This document shows positions 7,440 to 16,854 of a stretch of 32,000 nt of DNA, in pieces; the first letter of the stretch is position 1; each line of letters begins with the position of its first letter. The translations under genes and the position numbers were made by a program. The notes under the pieces were generated by a model that made no database searches, was not told the DNA's origin, and saw only the letters and a list, made by a program, of their open reading frames with translations. Origin of the DNA: Demequinaceae bacterium (GTDB taxonomy: Bacteria > Actinomycetota > Actinomycetes > Actinomycetales > Demequinaceae); the NCBI GenBank assembly GCA_965250005.1, contig OZ252279.1, positions 1,470,001 to 1,502,000 of the forward strand, read 5' to 3'.

Positions 7440-10400
7440 ATGGGGCGGGTTCGTTTAGGTTTGGTGGCTGTGTTTGTTGCCGCCGCGCTTGTGGTGTCGG
7501 GTACGCCTGCATGGACGGTTGACCTGTCACCGAGCCCGGATTCGACTGCGACTCCGAGTGTCGAGCCAAGCCCGGAACCGAGTGCAACACCAAACCCAGA
7601 ACCGAGCCCAGAACCGAGTCCGGAACCGAGCCCAGAACCGAGTGTGGAGCCGAGTGCGTCGGTGAACGATTTTGTGTGGTCTGATCCTGATCCGGTTGAT
7701 TCGGTTGAGGGTAATCCTGGTGGGGTGCCTCGCGATGTGGGGTTGGGTCGGTTGCCGTCGTTTGGGGCGGAGCAAAGTTCTGGTGTTGAGCATCGTGTGT
7801 TCGATTTTGATGTGATGTCGGGCACAGATTTTGAGGTTGCTGTCGCTGAGGGTACGTCTGGTGTGGATGGCAGTGTTGTTGTTGCTGTGGGGGCGGTGCC
7901 GTTGGATGATGTGATTCGGCGTGTGTATGGGTCTTCAGGTTTGTATTTTCCTGGCGAGCTGCGTGGCCGCCCCGATTTGGTGGCCGCCAGTAGGCCATCA
8001 GCTGATGTTGGTGAGCATGTCATCGTGGAACAGCGTCCAGGTGCTGACGCATCTATTCCGGGTGCGGCTTTTACGTTGTCGGTGGATGTGGGTGGCCTCA
8101 ATGAGGATGCTCGATGGGTTGATGTTGCTGTAAATATGTCGCTGGTGGAGCATCTGTTTGGTGCAAACTATGTTGACCGGCTGCAGTTTGTGTTGCTACC
8201 TGAGTGTGCGTTGACGTCACGAAAGAATCGTGACTGTTTTGCTGGTTTGCCGTTGGAGTCGTCGCGTAATGGTTTGACGGGTGTGACCACGATTGCGGCG
8301 CCAGCGAATGCGCGCACCCTTGCAGATGTTGATGGCTTCAACTCGCGTCCTGTCAGTGTAGATGTGATTCATAGTGGCGATTTGGCGGCCGAGTTTGCTG
8401 CCTCACAGGGGTTGAAGTTTGCGGGCACTGGTGGCGGCACGATCATTGTTGCCGTGTCGGGTGCTTCTGGACAGGCAGGCGATTTTTCTGCTACCGACCT
8501 TGCCGCGCAGGGTACGTGGGGTGTGTCTGAACAGTCTGGCGCGTTCACCTATTCGCTGCCTATAGAGGTTCCACCCGCGCAGGCCGGTGCCGCCCCGAAT
8601 GTTTCGTTGTCGTATTCCAGTGCCGGTGCGGACGCTAAAACAGAGTCCACGAACGGGCAGACATCAGTTTTGGGTGAAGGGTGGGCAAACCCGACGAACT
8701 TTATTGAGAGGCTCTATTTGCCGTGTAACGCCGACGAATATGGCACCAACCTTTTGGACAAGTGTTGGCATTCGCCGTATACGAGTGTGCCTGGTGAGGC
8801 GGCCTATACGGTGTCCCTAAATGGGGCAACATATGACCTGATTTGGGATGGCGGCAACCGTTACCGCACCTCTACAGAAATCGGATGGCGGGTGACACGT
8901 CACTGGGGTGCCAACAACGGCGACGGCGGTGAAGCCGACTCAGACGATGAAGGCGAATATTTTTTGGTCCAGGTTCCTGACGGTTCGCGCTACTACTTCG
9001 GTTACGGACATGTCGGTGTCAGCGGCTCGCCAACCAACTCGGTTGCGACCGTACCTGTTTTTGGTGACGATACAGGTGAACCGCGTTGTGGTACTGACGC
9101 CAACGACGAATGTGTGCAGGGATATCGGTGGATGCTGGACATTTCGGTGGACGCCTCAAACAACGCCAGCACCTATACCTATACGCGTGACACCAATCAT
9201 TATGCGCTCAAGGGTGACGTCAACCGGATCACCGAATATACGGCCGCAATCCGTTTGGACGACATCAAATACGGTCTGGTGTGGGGCGGACTTGATGTAG
9301 GGGTTGGTACGCAGCAGGCGGACGCGAAGGTCCAATATGTTTACGTCGAACGCTGTGTTCAAGCGGCAAACTATTTGGGCACCCTTGCAACAACGCCAGC
9401 CGTGAACTGCCCAGATATGGATGAAGACAACGCCCACTTCTATCCCGATGTTCCTATCGATTTGTTGTGTGATGCAGCCACGGGTTCGAACCCTTGTGCA
9501 GCCACCCACAATTCGCCAGTGTTTTTTACTACCGAGCGGCTAGACCAGATCACTACATCGGTACGTGACTGGGCAGACGTTGACACGAACTCCGACTGGG
9601 TTCCGGTTGCGACCACTCAACTGTTGGCTGGCTATCCGATGACGGGGGATGGTTCTGCCCGAAACTTGTGGCTTGATGGCGTTTACACCAAAGCGTGGGG
9701 CGAGTTCGGCAACGTTGACGACGATTTGCAAACGTATGTCATCAAGTTTGATCCCATCCAACTCAACAACCGTGTGGACTTCATTCCTGGTGACGATGAC
9801 CGTCGCGCCGTGGACCGTCTACGTATTGAACGCGTACGCACCGAATTCGGTGGCCACATCGAAGTCGAATATGCCCGCGATATTGATGGTGTTGGCGACG
9901 CAGATCCAGACGACCCGTACGGGCTGACAGTCTGTGAAGCCGATGGATTCGTCAACGAAGCAGCGATCGACACGTACTACGACACCGTTTTCGCGAACGG
10001 TTGGGACGAAAACAGCCAACTGTGCTCCCCGTCCTCGAACGCAGACGACGCACCCACATTCCACAAATATATGGTCACCGAAGTACGCCTCGTCGATGCG
10101 GTGGCGCCCGTACCTGTTGATGCAGACGAAGACGGCGACTTTGAGGAAGCAACATCGAGCGACTTTTTTGACTACCTGACCACCGTTAACCGATACGACT
10201 ACATCGGTGAGCCTGCCTGGGCTTACGCCGATTCGATCATGTCGGAGCGCGGCCAGGGTGGACAAACATGGAACGTGTTCCGTGGCTACGAAATTGTTGA
10301 ATCCTGGGTAGGTGAGAACCTCACCGACTATGCGGTCACCCGCAACCAGTATTATCGCGGAACATCTGGGGGATACCTCGAAAATGGCACGCTCGCGTCA

Positions 10401-13400
10401 ACAGTCGAACTGACACGTATCAGTGACGGCACAACAGTTGAAGACCTTGCAGACCTGTCTGGCATGCTTGCCGCAACTTCGACGGTGCGCCGCGAAGTTG
10501 ATGGCCAAACGGTCACCGATACGCTCGCAACAGCCTCACACAGTGACTACACAATTGAGCGGGCTGTCGCACTCGATGTGCGTGAAGTAGACCTCAATCT
10601 TGGGGTCGGTGCAGAACTGATCGAAGTTGGTGACGCAAACAACGACGGCAACGCGGACCTACTTGCCTGGCTTGCCGACAAGTCGTTGGTTCTGTATTAC
10701 GGTGACGGCAACGGTGGCGTGACCGACGTTGACGGCACCGTTGTGTCTGCCGCATGGAGCACAACGGCAGACAAAATTATTGCACCCGGATCGTGGGATT
10801 CAACCGTCGACGATTATGTAGACCTCATCGAAGTCAAAGACGGATATTTGCGACTACATCGCGGTGCTGGCGATGGCACATGGGCGTCAACGAGCACCCA
10901 GATCGGTAGCGGTTGGGGCAGCTTCTTGGACATTTTGGTGCCAGGTGACTGGAGTGGCGACAGCAAACCTGACATCCTGCCCATTCAAACGGACAGCGAC
11001 CTTCGGTTGTATACCGGCAACGGCACCGCCACATCCCCCACAACAGTCGGCGTCATTGCCCAAATAGTTGATGAAGACTACATGCGTTTTGGCGACTTCG
11101 ACGGCGACGGCAAAACTGATGCCGCACACCACTACGACACCGACTGGCATGCATCATATTCTGGGACCGGCGACTGGATATTCCTTGGTGGCTCGCAATA
11201 TGGGGCCGATCAGGTCCGTTTCGATGGCGACTTCGACGGCAACGGCACAACCGATATGGCAATGCACACGTCGAGCGGGTGGCGTGTGCAATGGGACTCC
11301 AACAGTTCCTGGGAATACATCAACGACAGCACCATTACCGCAAATCTGTGGTTCGTGGATGTTGGCGTCAAAACTGCAGGCGACCCCACCGGTGTGGATG
11401 ACATCGTTTGGTTTACCGGAAGCAAATTTTCTGTGCGTTGGTCTGGCCAAGGAAACTGGGTAGACCTCAACACGTCCACATTGGGTTCCGACAAATCCTT
11501 TGCCGACATTGACGGCGACGGTGAAGCCGACATGATCAAACAAAACACGCTCGGCTGGCTAGTGTGGTGGTCCGGTAAAGGCCCCTACGAATACATCAAC
11601 ACTGACCTGAGTGCTGGCGACAATGTTATGTTCGGCGACTTTGATGGTGATGGCAGCGACGATTTGGTGCGCCGACGCAACGGCAACTGGGAATACAACT
11701 CTGCTTTGTTAGCTGACAGTGCCGCCGAATGGACCCACCTCATAGCCGAAGGTGGCACCAGCGGTGAAGGTGGTGTCTACGACTACGACGACTTCCATTA
11801 CGACGTTTGGGATTTTGATGGCAACGGCACATCAGATCTTGTCCGCTCCGGTGACGGCGGCTGGATGGTCCTATACGACGGCACAGGCAACTGGCAACAA
11901 ATCGCAGCCTCCCAATGGGCCCAATACGACACTTTTGTTGACGGCGGCGACTACAACGGTGACAGCATTGCAGACATTATTGCCATCTCCGCCATCGGCA
12001 ACGTCGATGTTCTCTACGGTGAAGGCGACAACGGTCCACCCGCCAACGCCCAAAAAACTGTCATAACCAACATTGGCGACGCCCAACAACTCGTCGCACC
12101 CGGAGACTGGAACGGCGACAACGTACCCGACCTACTCCTACTTGAAGCCGACGGAACACTCATGCTTCACGGCGGCACCCCCCACACCACCAGCGGTGAC
12201 GGCTCCTACTACAGCCAAACCATCCACTCCGAAACGTCATGGTCGATGGTCACCGAACCAGGACTTACCGTGCCGTGGGTGAAAACCTCAACCTCGACCA
12301 CCGCGTTTGACGGCCAAAACCTGCCCATCACATCCGAATCAACCGTGATCGAAACAGTCGACGGCATCCAAACAGCAGGCTCACCGTTCACATCCTGCAC
12401 GGCCATGGAACATTTGTGGCGTGTTGACGACGACGCCGCTACGGGAGATACCAACATCGGATGGGATGCTGTAGACGGCTGGGGTGGAGACATCTACCTG
12501 TCAGCAACATGGCGCACCCGCACACATGAAGGCGCCTGTGACGACTCGCAGAAGATCCTGACCGGTGTTTCAGAAACCTATTTTGATGGCGCCACCTGGG
12601 ATGACAACGAACCCCAAGACCTGTTAACACGAGGTTTAGTAACAACAGAAATTGCGTACCCCATCTATGAAGGCGCCACCGCTGCCGCCAAACGTGGCAA
12701 CGCCGCAATCTCCGTCGCAGAATATGATGCCCGCGGCCGTATCGCGAAAGCATGGATGCCCAACGACGTCTCCTTGAACGCCACCACCGGAGCACTAGAA
12801 ACCAACAACAGCTTCACCACATGGACATACGGTGCGTTCGCCACGTCGGGTGACCACGCAGGCTTGGCGGAATTGACGGTAGGCACCACCGTTGAGTGGG
12901 CTGAAGGTGTGCCGACAACGTATTCGACGTCGCAATGGGTGGAGCCCACGCGCGGTAGTGGGGTGAAGTCCATTGACCTCAACGAGCACTACACGCATTA
13001 CCGATTCGACCCGTTCGGCCTGCTTGAGGCGGGTTACGCGTCCACGACGTGGGATGGCGCCACGGCTCCGTGGTTGGAGTCCAGTTATGTGATTCCGACG
13101 GCGTCGTTTGAGTACGACGTGTACGCCCCTGGTGTGGGCGTGCGTTCCACACCCGTGACAGTCACCTCTGCCCAGCATGCAGGCTACGACGCGGCCGCCA
13201 ATGCCGGTGCAGGCCAATGGGTCTGCCAAGAAGCCGCCTGCTTTGTCAACCGTTCCCACATGTTCCTCGATGGATGGGGGCGTGCCGTCGAACAGCACCG
13301 TGTTGCACCAGACGGATCCGGTGGACGGCTAGTCTCCGCGACCAGGTACAACAAACTCGGGCACATCGAGTTTGTTGCCTCAACGTTCTGGAACGAAGAC

Positions 13401-16400
13401 GCCGCACAACTATCAAACGGAAAAGTCGACCCCGTCCTAGGTCAACTAGACCAGTTTGCGACCACAACGGTGGATTGGGCTGGCAGGGCCACCACACAAT
13501 CGACATGGTACCGAGACCCAACACTAGGCTTGTTGGAAACAAAAACAGAAACAACACGTATCGGCAATGTCACCGAAGTCACGGCAGCCTCCGGGGCCGT
13601 TACGGAAACCACCAACGACATTTTGGGTCGGCTCACAAAGCAGGTGCAGTTCGCTGAGGGCGGTGCAGATCCATTTACTACCGGATACGCGTACGAGACG
13701 TTGCCCGATGGCGGCAGCAAAGTCACAGTCACGGACCCAGACAATAATGACACCGTGTTTGAGTCGAACCTGAGTGGTCAACGCACAACCATGACGGATC
13801 CGAACTCAGGCCTGTCGACCTACACGTACGACCTGAACGGGCAAACCACATCGGTGGACTCTGAGGCTGGGTTGATCACGATGGTCTATGACGCACTCGG
13901 TCGCATGACAGATCGCACCACACTTGAGCCGGACGACACCACCGTGTCTTCGTCTGCGGCATGGGAGTTCGAAAACGAACTCGACGTTGCCGCCCCCACG
14001 GGTGCACTGAAATCGTCCACAGTTACCACGGTCATTGATGCCACGACCACTTTTGTGACGGTGCAAGCCACCGACACGTGGGACACGTTGGGGCGGCCCA
14101 CATCCACCACAACACATCTTCCGCAAGACACGGCTTCTACCGGTCCGGCATATGTGACGGACGCCTCCAGTTTGGGTGAACTTGCTGGAATCAATTACAC
14201 GCGCACCGTCGCCTATGACGAGTTGTCTCGTCCCACGGTGACATTGCCTGCCATTGCAGGCCTGCCGAAACAAACCGTTTTGACTCGGTTTAACCGGTTC
14301 GGAACACCAGTGACATTGGATGTGCTGGACAACCCCGGTGCGTCTCAAACGGTGACACCGATTGTGACGGGTATCGAGCTGGATGAGTTGGGTCGGTTGA
14401 CGTCGCGGTCCTATGCAAACACCGTGGACAGGTTGATTCAGTACGACGCCCAGTGGGGTGCACCGGAACGTATCGCCGCAGTGTTTGATCCCGGTACAGG
14501 TGACATCGCAATCCAAGATGACGTGTTTACACGGGACGATGTGGGCCGTGTGACGTCCATTCAAGACGATTCAACATATGAATCGGCAAGCCCACATGAA
14601 GCCCAGTGTTTCGTCTATGACGATCACAACCGGCTCGAAAATGCGTGGACTGAAGCTACAGATGATTTCACGGGCACGTGTGACGCTTTCCCGACGTTGC
14701 CGACCACTCAGACTGAGTGGGATGCGAGTGCATGGGCTGCGTCTGCTGGACCGTACGCAACCACCTGGGAGTATTCAGATTCGGGTCGGATTGAGTCCAT
14801 CACGAACCTCATCGAGGATGGCCTGGCGGGTTCCACAGAATCGGTGCAAGCCTTCGTGTACGACACAGATCCGGCTGATGCTGAACTGGGGCCCCTGGAC
14901 TTGCCGCATGCGGTCTCCGGTGTCGACAACGATGGCGACAGCACTGTCGATGACACATTCGAATACGACACCGCTGGACGTCAAACGGTTCGCACCGTCG
15001 ATGGGGTTACCTCCACGTTGACGTGGGATGTGTCATCCAACCTCGTCAAAGCCGTCGTCGATGACGGCACCAATGAGGCCACCTGGGTGTATGTGTATGA
15101 CGCATCCGGGCAGCGCGTCACAAAGATTCAGCTCGATGGATCGACCCCGATAGATGCGACCGCATATTTCGGTGAAACTGAAGTCACCGACACTGACACC
15201 AGCACTGATGGTGCATCAGACGTGACCGCGGTGCGGTATTACCAGTTTGGTGTCGCCGCCGTCGCACTCGAGCAGTCTGTTGAACACCCCACCACCCCCA
15301 CCGTTGAGTTGTTCTATTTGTTTGGTGACTTCCAAGGTTCAGCTCAGGTGATGATGTCTGATGCTAGAGACGTCAATGGTGACGCCGACCCAGCAAACGC
15401 GATGATTCTACGCAACGCCTACACCCCCTATGGGGCACAACGTTCGATAGATGTTGACGTAGACACCAACCCCGACCCAAACCTGCCTACCGAACGTGGC
15501 TGGCTATCCCAAGTTACCGACGAAGCCACCGACACGGCAGGCACGTTAGGCACCGGGCTGACCTATTTGAACGCCCGCTACTACGACCCGGTAACAGCAC
15601 GCTTCCTCACCCCAGACCCACTCATGAACCTTGCAGACCCGCGCACGTTGGACCCATACATGTATGCGGCGGACAACCCGGTCCTCTTCCAGGACGCTTC
15701 AGGCCTGTGTTACGAGTTTGCGGGATCGGAGAGGGCCGCATGCGAAGTGGCGAAGACGGCCGCGATTCGACCCGACCTTGGCGGCACCGATGGAGGCAGT
15801 TCAACGCAGCCTCCGGAAGATCTGGAGTCCGCCTGTTTCACGAACTCTTGGTTCGAAGAATGCAGACACGATACTTCTTCGGACGAATTCTACGAGGGAA
15901 TCGGATTCGGCGAGGGAGCATCAATTGCCGGGTGGGGTGCAGCCAACTTCTTTGTCGGTATCGCGAACGGGCTATTGTTTCCCATCAACGCCGGAAAATG
16001 TGGTTGGGACGCCCGAAGCCTAAACGTCGTCGACGCATATATCATCTGTGGACTGGGAGCCTCCTCCAACAACTCGTACTTCCCAGATGGCTGGTACTTC
16101 AACTCTGTAGGAGGCAACCCCGCCCTCTACGACCCATCGATGCACGTCGGGACAGATTTCGTCTACAACGCACCGCTACTTTTCATAGGTGGTGGAGTCG
16201 CCGCGGGGGGAAGAGGATTGGCGGCCACTGCAAGTGGGTCGCGTGGGGCTGCAGTTGCCGCACCTCGGGTCACATTCGGCCACGGGGCTCGGCACTTGGA
16301 AGGGACAGGACTGTCTGTCGCGGAAGTTGAATCCGCGATCCTGCCTCGGGTCTCCGCAGCGGTGACGGAGTCCACGACTGGGACCGCGGGCGGCTCGTTC

Positions 16401-16496
16401 TGGGGTCGTGTCGTAGTCGATGGAACTACAATTGAATACCGTGCGTATCCACTCGCTGACGGCACGATCAACGTTGGGACCTACTATGTGCCTTGA
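7440..16496 (+). CDS. Rhs/YD-repeat polymorphic toxin, TcB/TcC-like fused architecture with Sec-type signal peptide
   Basis: ATG at 7440 gives MGRVRLGLVAVFVAAALVVSGTPAWT (the ORF track opens at 7368). Then, in order: a PEPS linker; an SpvB/TcB-N-like motif FTYSLPIEVPPAQAGAAPNVSLSYSS..GEGW; FG-GAP DxDxDG blades; many YD repeats (YDARGRI, YTYDLNGQ, YDALGRM, YDELSRP, YDTAGRQ, YDASGQR); the Rhs core YLNARYYDPVTARFLTPDP..DPYMYAADNPVLFQDASGL; and an unrelated 262-aa tail. Confidence 0.95.
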   Translation: MGRVRLGLVAVFVAAALVVSGTPAWTVDLSPSPDSTATPSVEPSPEPSATPNPEPSPEPSPEPSPEPSVEPSASVNDFVWSDPDPVDSVEGNPGGVPRDVGLGRLPSFGAEQSSGVEHRVFDFDVMSGTDFEVAVAEGTSGVDGSVVVAVGAVPLDDVIRRVYGSSGLYFPGELRGRPDLVAASRPSADVGEHVIVEQRPGADASIPGAAFTLSVDVGGLNEDARWVDVAVNMSLVEHLFGANYVDRLQFVLLPECALTSRKNRDCFAGLPLESSRNGLTGVTTIAAPANARTLADVDGFNSRPVSVDVIHSGDLAAEFAASQGLKFAGTGGGTIIVAVSGASGQAGDFSATDLAAQGTWGVSEQSGAFTYSLPIEVPPAQAGAAPNVSLSYSSAGADAKTESTNGQTSVLGEGWANPTNFIERLYLPCNADEYGTNLLDKCWHSPYTSVPGEAAYTVSLNGATYDLIWDGGNRYRTSTEIGWRVTRHWGANNGDGGEADSDDEGEYFLVQVPDGSRYYFGYGHVGVSGSPTNSVATVPVFGDDTGEPRCGTDANDECVQGYRWMLDISVDASNNASTYTYTRDTNHYALKGDVNRITEYTAAIRLDDIKYGLVWGGLDVGVGTQQADAKVQYVYVERCVQAANYLGTLATTPAVNCPDMDEDNAHFYPDVPIDLLCDAATGSNPCAATHNSPVFFTTERLDQITTSVRDWADVDTNSDWVPVATTQLLAGYPMTGDGSARNLWLDGVYTKAWGEFGNVDDDLQTYVIKFDPIQLNNRVDFIPGDDDRRAVDRLRIERVRTEFGGHIEVEYARDIDGVGDADPDDPYGLTVCEADGFVNEAAIDTYYDTVFANGWDENSQLCSPSSNADDAPTFHKYMVTEVRLVDAVAPVPVDADEDGDFEEATSSDFFDYLTTVNRYDYIGEPAWAYADSIMSERGQGGQTWNVFRGYEIVESWVGENLTDYAVTRNQYYRGTSGGYLENGTLASTVELTRISDGTTVEDLADLSGMLAATSTVRREVDGQTVTDTLATASHSDYTIERAVALDVREVDLNLGVGAELIEVGDANNDGNADLLAWLADKSLVLYYGDGNGGVTDVDGTVVSAAWSTTADKIIAPGSWDSTVDDYVDLIEVKDGYLRLHRGAGDGTWASTSTQIGSGWGSFLDILVPGDWSGDSKPDILPIQTDSDLRLYTGNGTATSPTTVGVIAQIVDEDYMRFGDFDGDGKTDAAHHYDTDWHASYSGTGDWIFLGGSQYGADQVRFDGDFDGNGTTDMAMHTSSGWRVQWDSNSSWEYINDSTITANLWFVDVGVKTAGDPTGVDDIVWFTGSKFSVRWSGQGNWVDLNTSTLGSDKSFADIDGDGEADMIKQNTLGWLVWWSGKGPYEYINTDLSAGDNVMFGDFDGDGSDDLVRRRNGNWEYNSALLADSAAEWTHLIAEGGTSGEGGVYDYDDFHYDVWDFDGNGTSDLVRSGDGGWMVLYDGTGNWQQIAASQWAQYDTFVDGGDYNGDSIADIIAISAIGNVDVLYGEGDNGPPANAQKTVITNIGDAQQLVAPGDWNGDNVPDLLLLEADGTLMLHGGTPHTTSGDGSYYSQTIHSETSWSMVTEPGLTVPWVKTSTSTTAFDGQNLPITSESTVIETVDGIQTAGSPFTSCTAMEHLWRVDDDAATGDTNIGWDAVDGWGGDIYLSATWRTRTHEGACDDSQKILTGVSETYFDGATWDDNEPQDLLTRGLVTTEIAYPIYEGATAAAKRGNAAISVAEYDARGRIAKAWMPNDVSLNATTGALETNNSFTTWTYGAFATSGDHAGLAELTVGTTVEWAEGVPTTYSTSQWVEPTRGSGVKSIDLNEHYTHYRFDPFGLLEAGYASTTWDGATAPWLESSYVIPTASFEYDVYAPGVGVRSTPVTVTSAQHAGYDAAANAGAGQWVCQEAACFVNRSHMFLDGWGRAVEQHRVAPDGSGGRLVSATRYNKLGHIEFVASTFWNEDAAQLSNGKVDPVLGQLDQFATTTVDWAGRATTQSTWYRDPTLGLLETKTETTRIGNVTEVTAASGAVTETTNDILGRLTKQVQFAEGGADPFTTGYAYETLPDGGSKVTVTDPDNNDTVFESNLSGQRTTMTDPNSGLSTYTYDLNGQTTSVDSEAGLITMVYDALGRMTDRTTLEPDDTTVSSSAAWEFENELDVAAPTGALKSSTVTTVIDATTTFVTVQATDTWDTLGRPTSTTTHLPQDTASTGPAYVTDASSLGELAGINYTRTVAYDELSRPTVTLPAIAGLPKQTVLTRFNRFGTPVTLDVLDNPGASQTVTPIVTGIELDELGRLTSRSYANTVDRLIQYDAQWGAPERIAAVFDPGTGDIAIQDDVFTRDDVGRVTSIQDDSTYESASPHEAQCFVYDDHNRLENAWTEATDDFTGTCDAFPTLPTTQTEWDASAWAASAGPYATTWEYSDSGRIESITNLIEDGLAGSTESVQAFVYDTDPADAELGPLDLPHAVSGVDNDGDSTVDDTFEYDTAGRQTVRTVDGVTSTLTWDVSSNLVKAVVDDGTNEATWVYVYDASGQRVTKIQLDGSTPIDATAYFGETEVTDTDTSTDGASDVTAVRYYQFGVAAVALEQSVEHPTTPTVELFYLFGDFQGSAQVMMSDARDVNGDADPANAMILRNAYTPYGAQRSIDVDVDTNPDPNLPTERGWLSQVTDEATDTAGTLGTGLTYLNARYYDPVTARFLTPDPLMNLADPRTLDPYMYAADNPVLFQDASGLCYEFAGSERAACEVAKTAAIRPDLGGTDGGSSTQPPEDLESACFTNSWFEECRHDTSSDEFYEGIGFGEGASIAGWGAANFFVGIANGLLFPINAGKCGWDARSLNVVDAYIICGLGASSNNSYFPDGWYFNSVGGNPALYDPSMHVGTDFVYNAPLLFIGGGVAAGGRGLAATASGSRGAAVAAPRVTFGHGARHLEGTGLSVAEVESAILPRVSAAVTESTTGTAGGSFWGRVVVDGTTIEYRAYPLADGTINVGTYYVP
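7560..7655 (+). repeat. 12-bp periodic coding repeat (eight units, consensus CCR GAA CCG AGY) encoding a (S/T)PEP linker
   Basis: Read directly: gtcgagccaagc ccggaaccgagt gcaacaccaaac ccagaaccgagc ccagaaccgagt ccggaaccgagc ccagaaccgagt gtggagccgagt. Lies just after the signal peptide. Confidence 0.85.
10620..12180 (+). repeat. FG-GAP/VCBS-type beta-propeller repeat region inside the Rhs protein (about ten blades)
   Basis: Recurring calcium-loop-like motifs: VGDANNDGNADL, PGDWSGDSKPD, FGDFDGDGKTD, FDGDFDGNGTTD, FADIDGDGEADM, FGDFDGDGSDD, WDFDGNGTSD, GDYNGDSIADI, PGDWNGDNVPD. Trp-rich strands lie between them (GWRVQW, FSVRWSG, GWLVWWSG, GWMVLYDG). Confidence 0.7.
15708..16496 (+). other. C-terminal toxin tip of the main Rhs protein (begins right after the ..QDASGL core boundary)
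   Basis: Similarity to the orphan copies is high up to GL at 15702-15707 and is lost after it. The tail has a Cys/Gly-rich linker, and the final ~90 aa are RVTFGHGARHLEGTGLSVAEVESAI..GRVVVDGTTIEYRAYPLADGTINVGTYYVP. I cannot assign a family. Confidence 0.75.
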
Positions 16497-16854
16497 CCGC
16501 AACGCTGGAGGACTTCGTGCCCCGACGAACGACGAGCGAGAACTGATCGCCCGGCTACTCGCCGCCGACTTCGCGGGGGCTCCTGAACTTCGACTTCAAC
16601 TGAGCACAACTCTCGTAGACTCCATCGACGACGACGGGAGCCTCGGTCTCAACCCGGAAGGCGCATCGCTAGCTGAAGTAGATCATCGGATACCCGTCGA
16701 GGCGACTTACCCCGATGCGGACGGCATGACCGTTCATGTCTTGATCCACGTGATTGACGGGCTCCTCGATGAGCTTGAGGTTTACCGAGAGGACTCCCTC
16801 CCCGTGTTGAGACCCGCAGCCGGTGCTCTCGATCTGGCGGTGGACCCGCGGTAA
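16486..16854 (+). CDS. Candidate cognate immunity protein of the main Rhs tip
   Basis: The ATG at 16486 overlaps the rhs stop by 11 bp (the ORF track opens at 16420, inside rhs). 122 aa, acidic: ..NDERELIARLLAADFAGAPELRLQL..DDDGSLGL..VHVLIHVIDGLLDELEVYREDS. From memory it resembles small DUF6984-type proteins found after toxin genes. Unverified. Confidence 0.6.
   Translation: MCLDRNAGGLRAPTNDERELIARLLAADFAGAPELRLQLSTTLVDSIDDDGSLGLNPEGASLAEVDHRIPVEATYPDADGMTVHVLIHVIDGLLDELEVYREDSLPVLRPAAGALDLAVDPR

Noticed and set aside
7528-7660. Short tandem repeats that could be taken for a CRISPR or minisatellite locus.
   Set aside because: The 12-bp units are contiguous with no spacers, in frame, and encode the PEPS linker of the Rhs protein.
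6800-8101. A 433-aa minus-strand ORF, plus many other long antisense ORFs across the rhs region (for example 13806-14564, 16948-17415, 20371-21183, 25115-26023).
   Set aside because: They lie opposite strongly supported coding sequence and are Arg/Pro/Ser/Thr-rich low-complexity translations, typical of high-GC shadow frames. They have no motifs and no sensible starts.
16420-16485. An upstream extension of the immunity ORF (MELQLNTVRIHSL..).
   Set aside because: It lies entirely inside the rhs coding sequence in another frame. The ATG at 16486, overlapping the rhs stop, is the more plausible start.
5381-16496. A search for TcA-like, T6SS (VgrG, PAAR) or T7SS (WXG, LXG, EccC) components next to the toxin.
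   Set aside because: None is recognisable in any frame of this window. This absence is limited to the 32 kb shown and says nothing about the rest of the genome.
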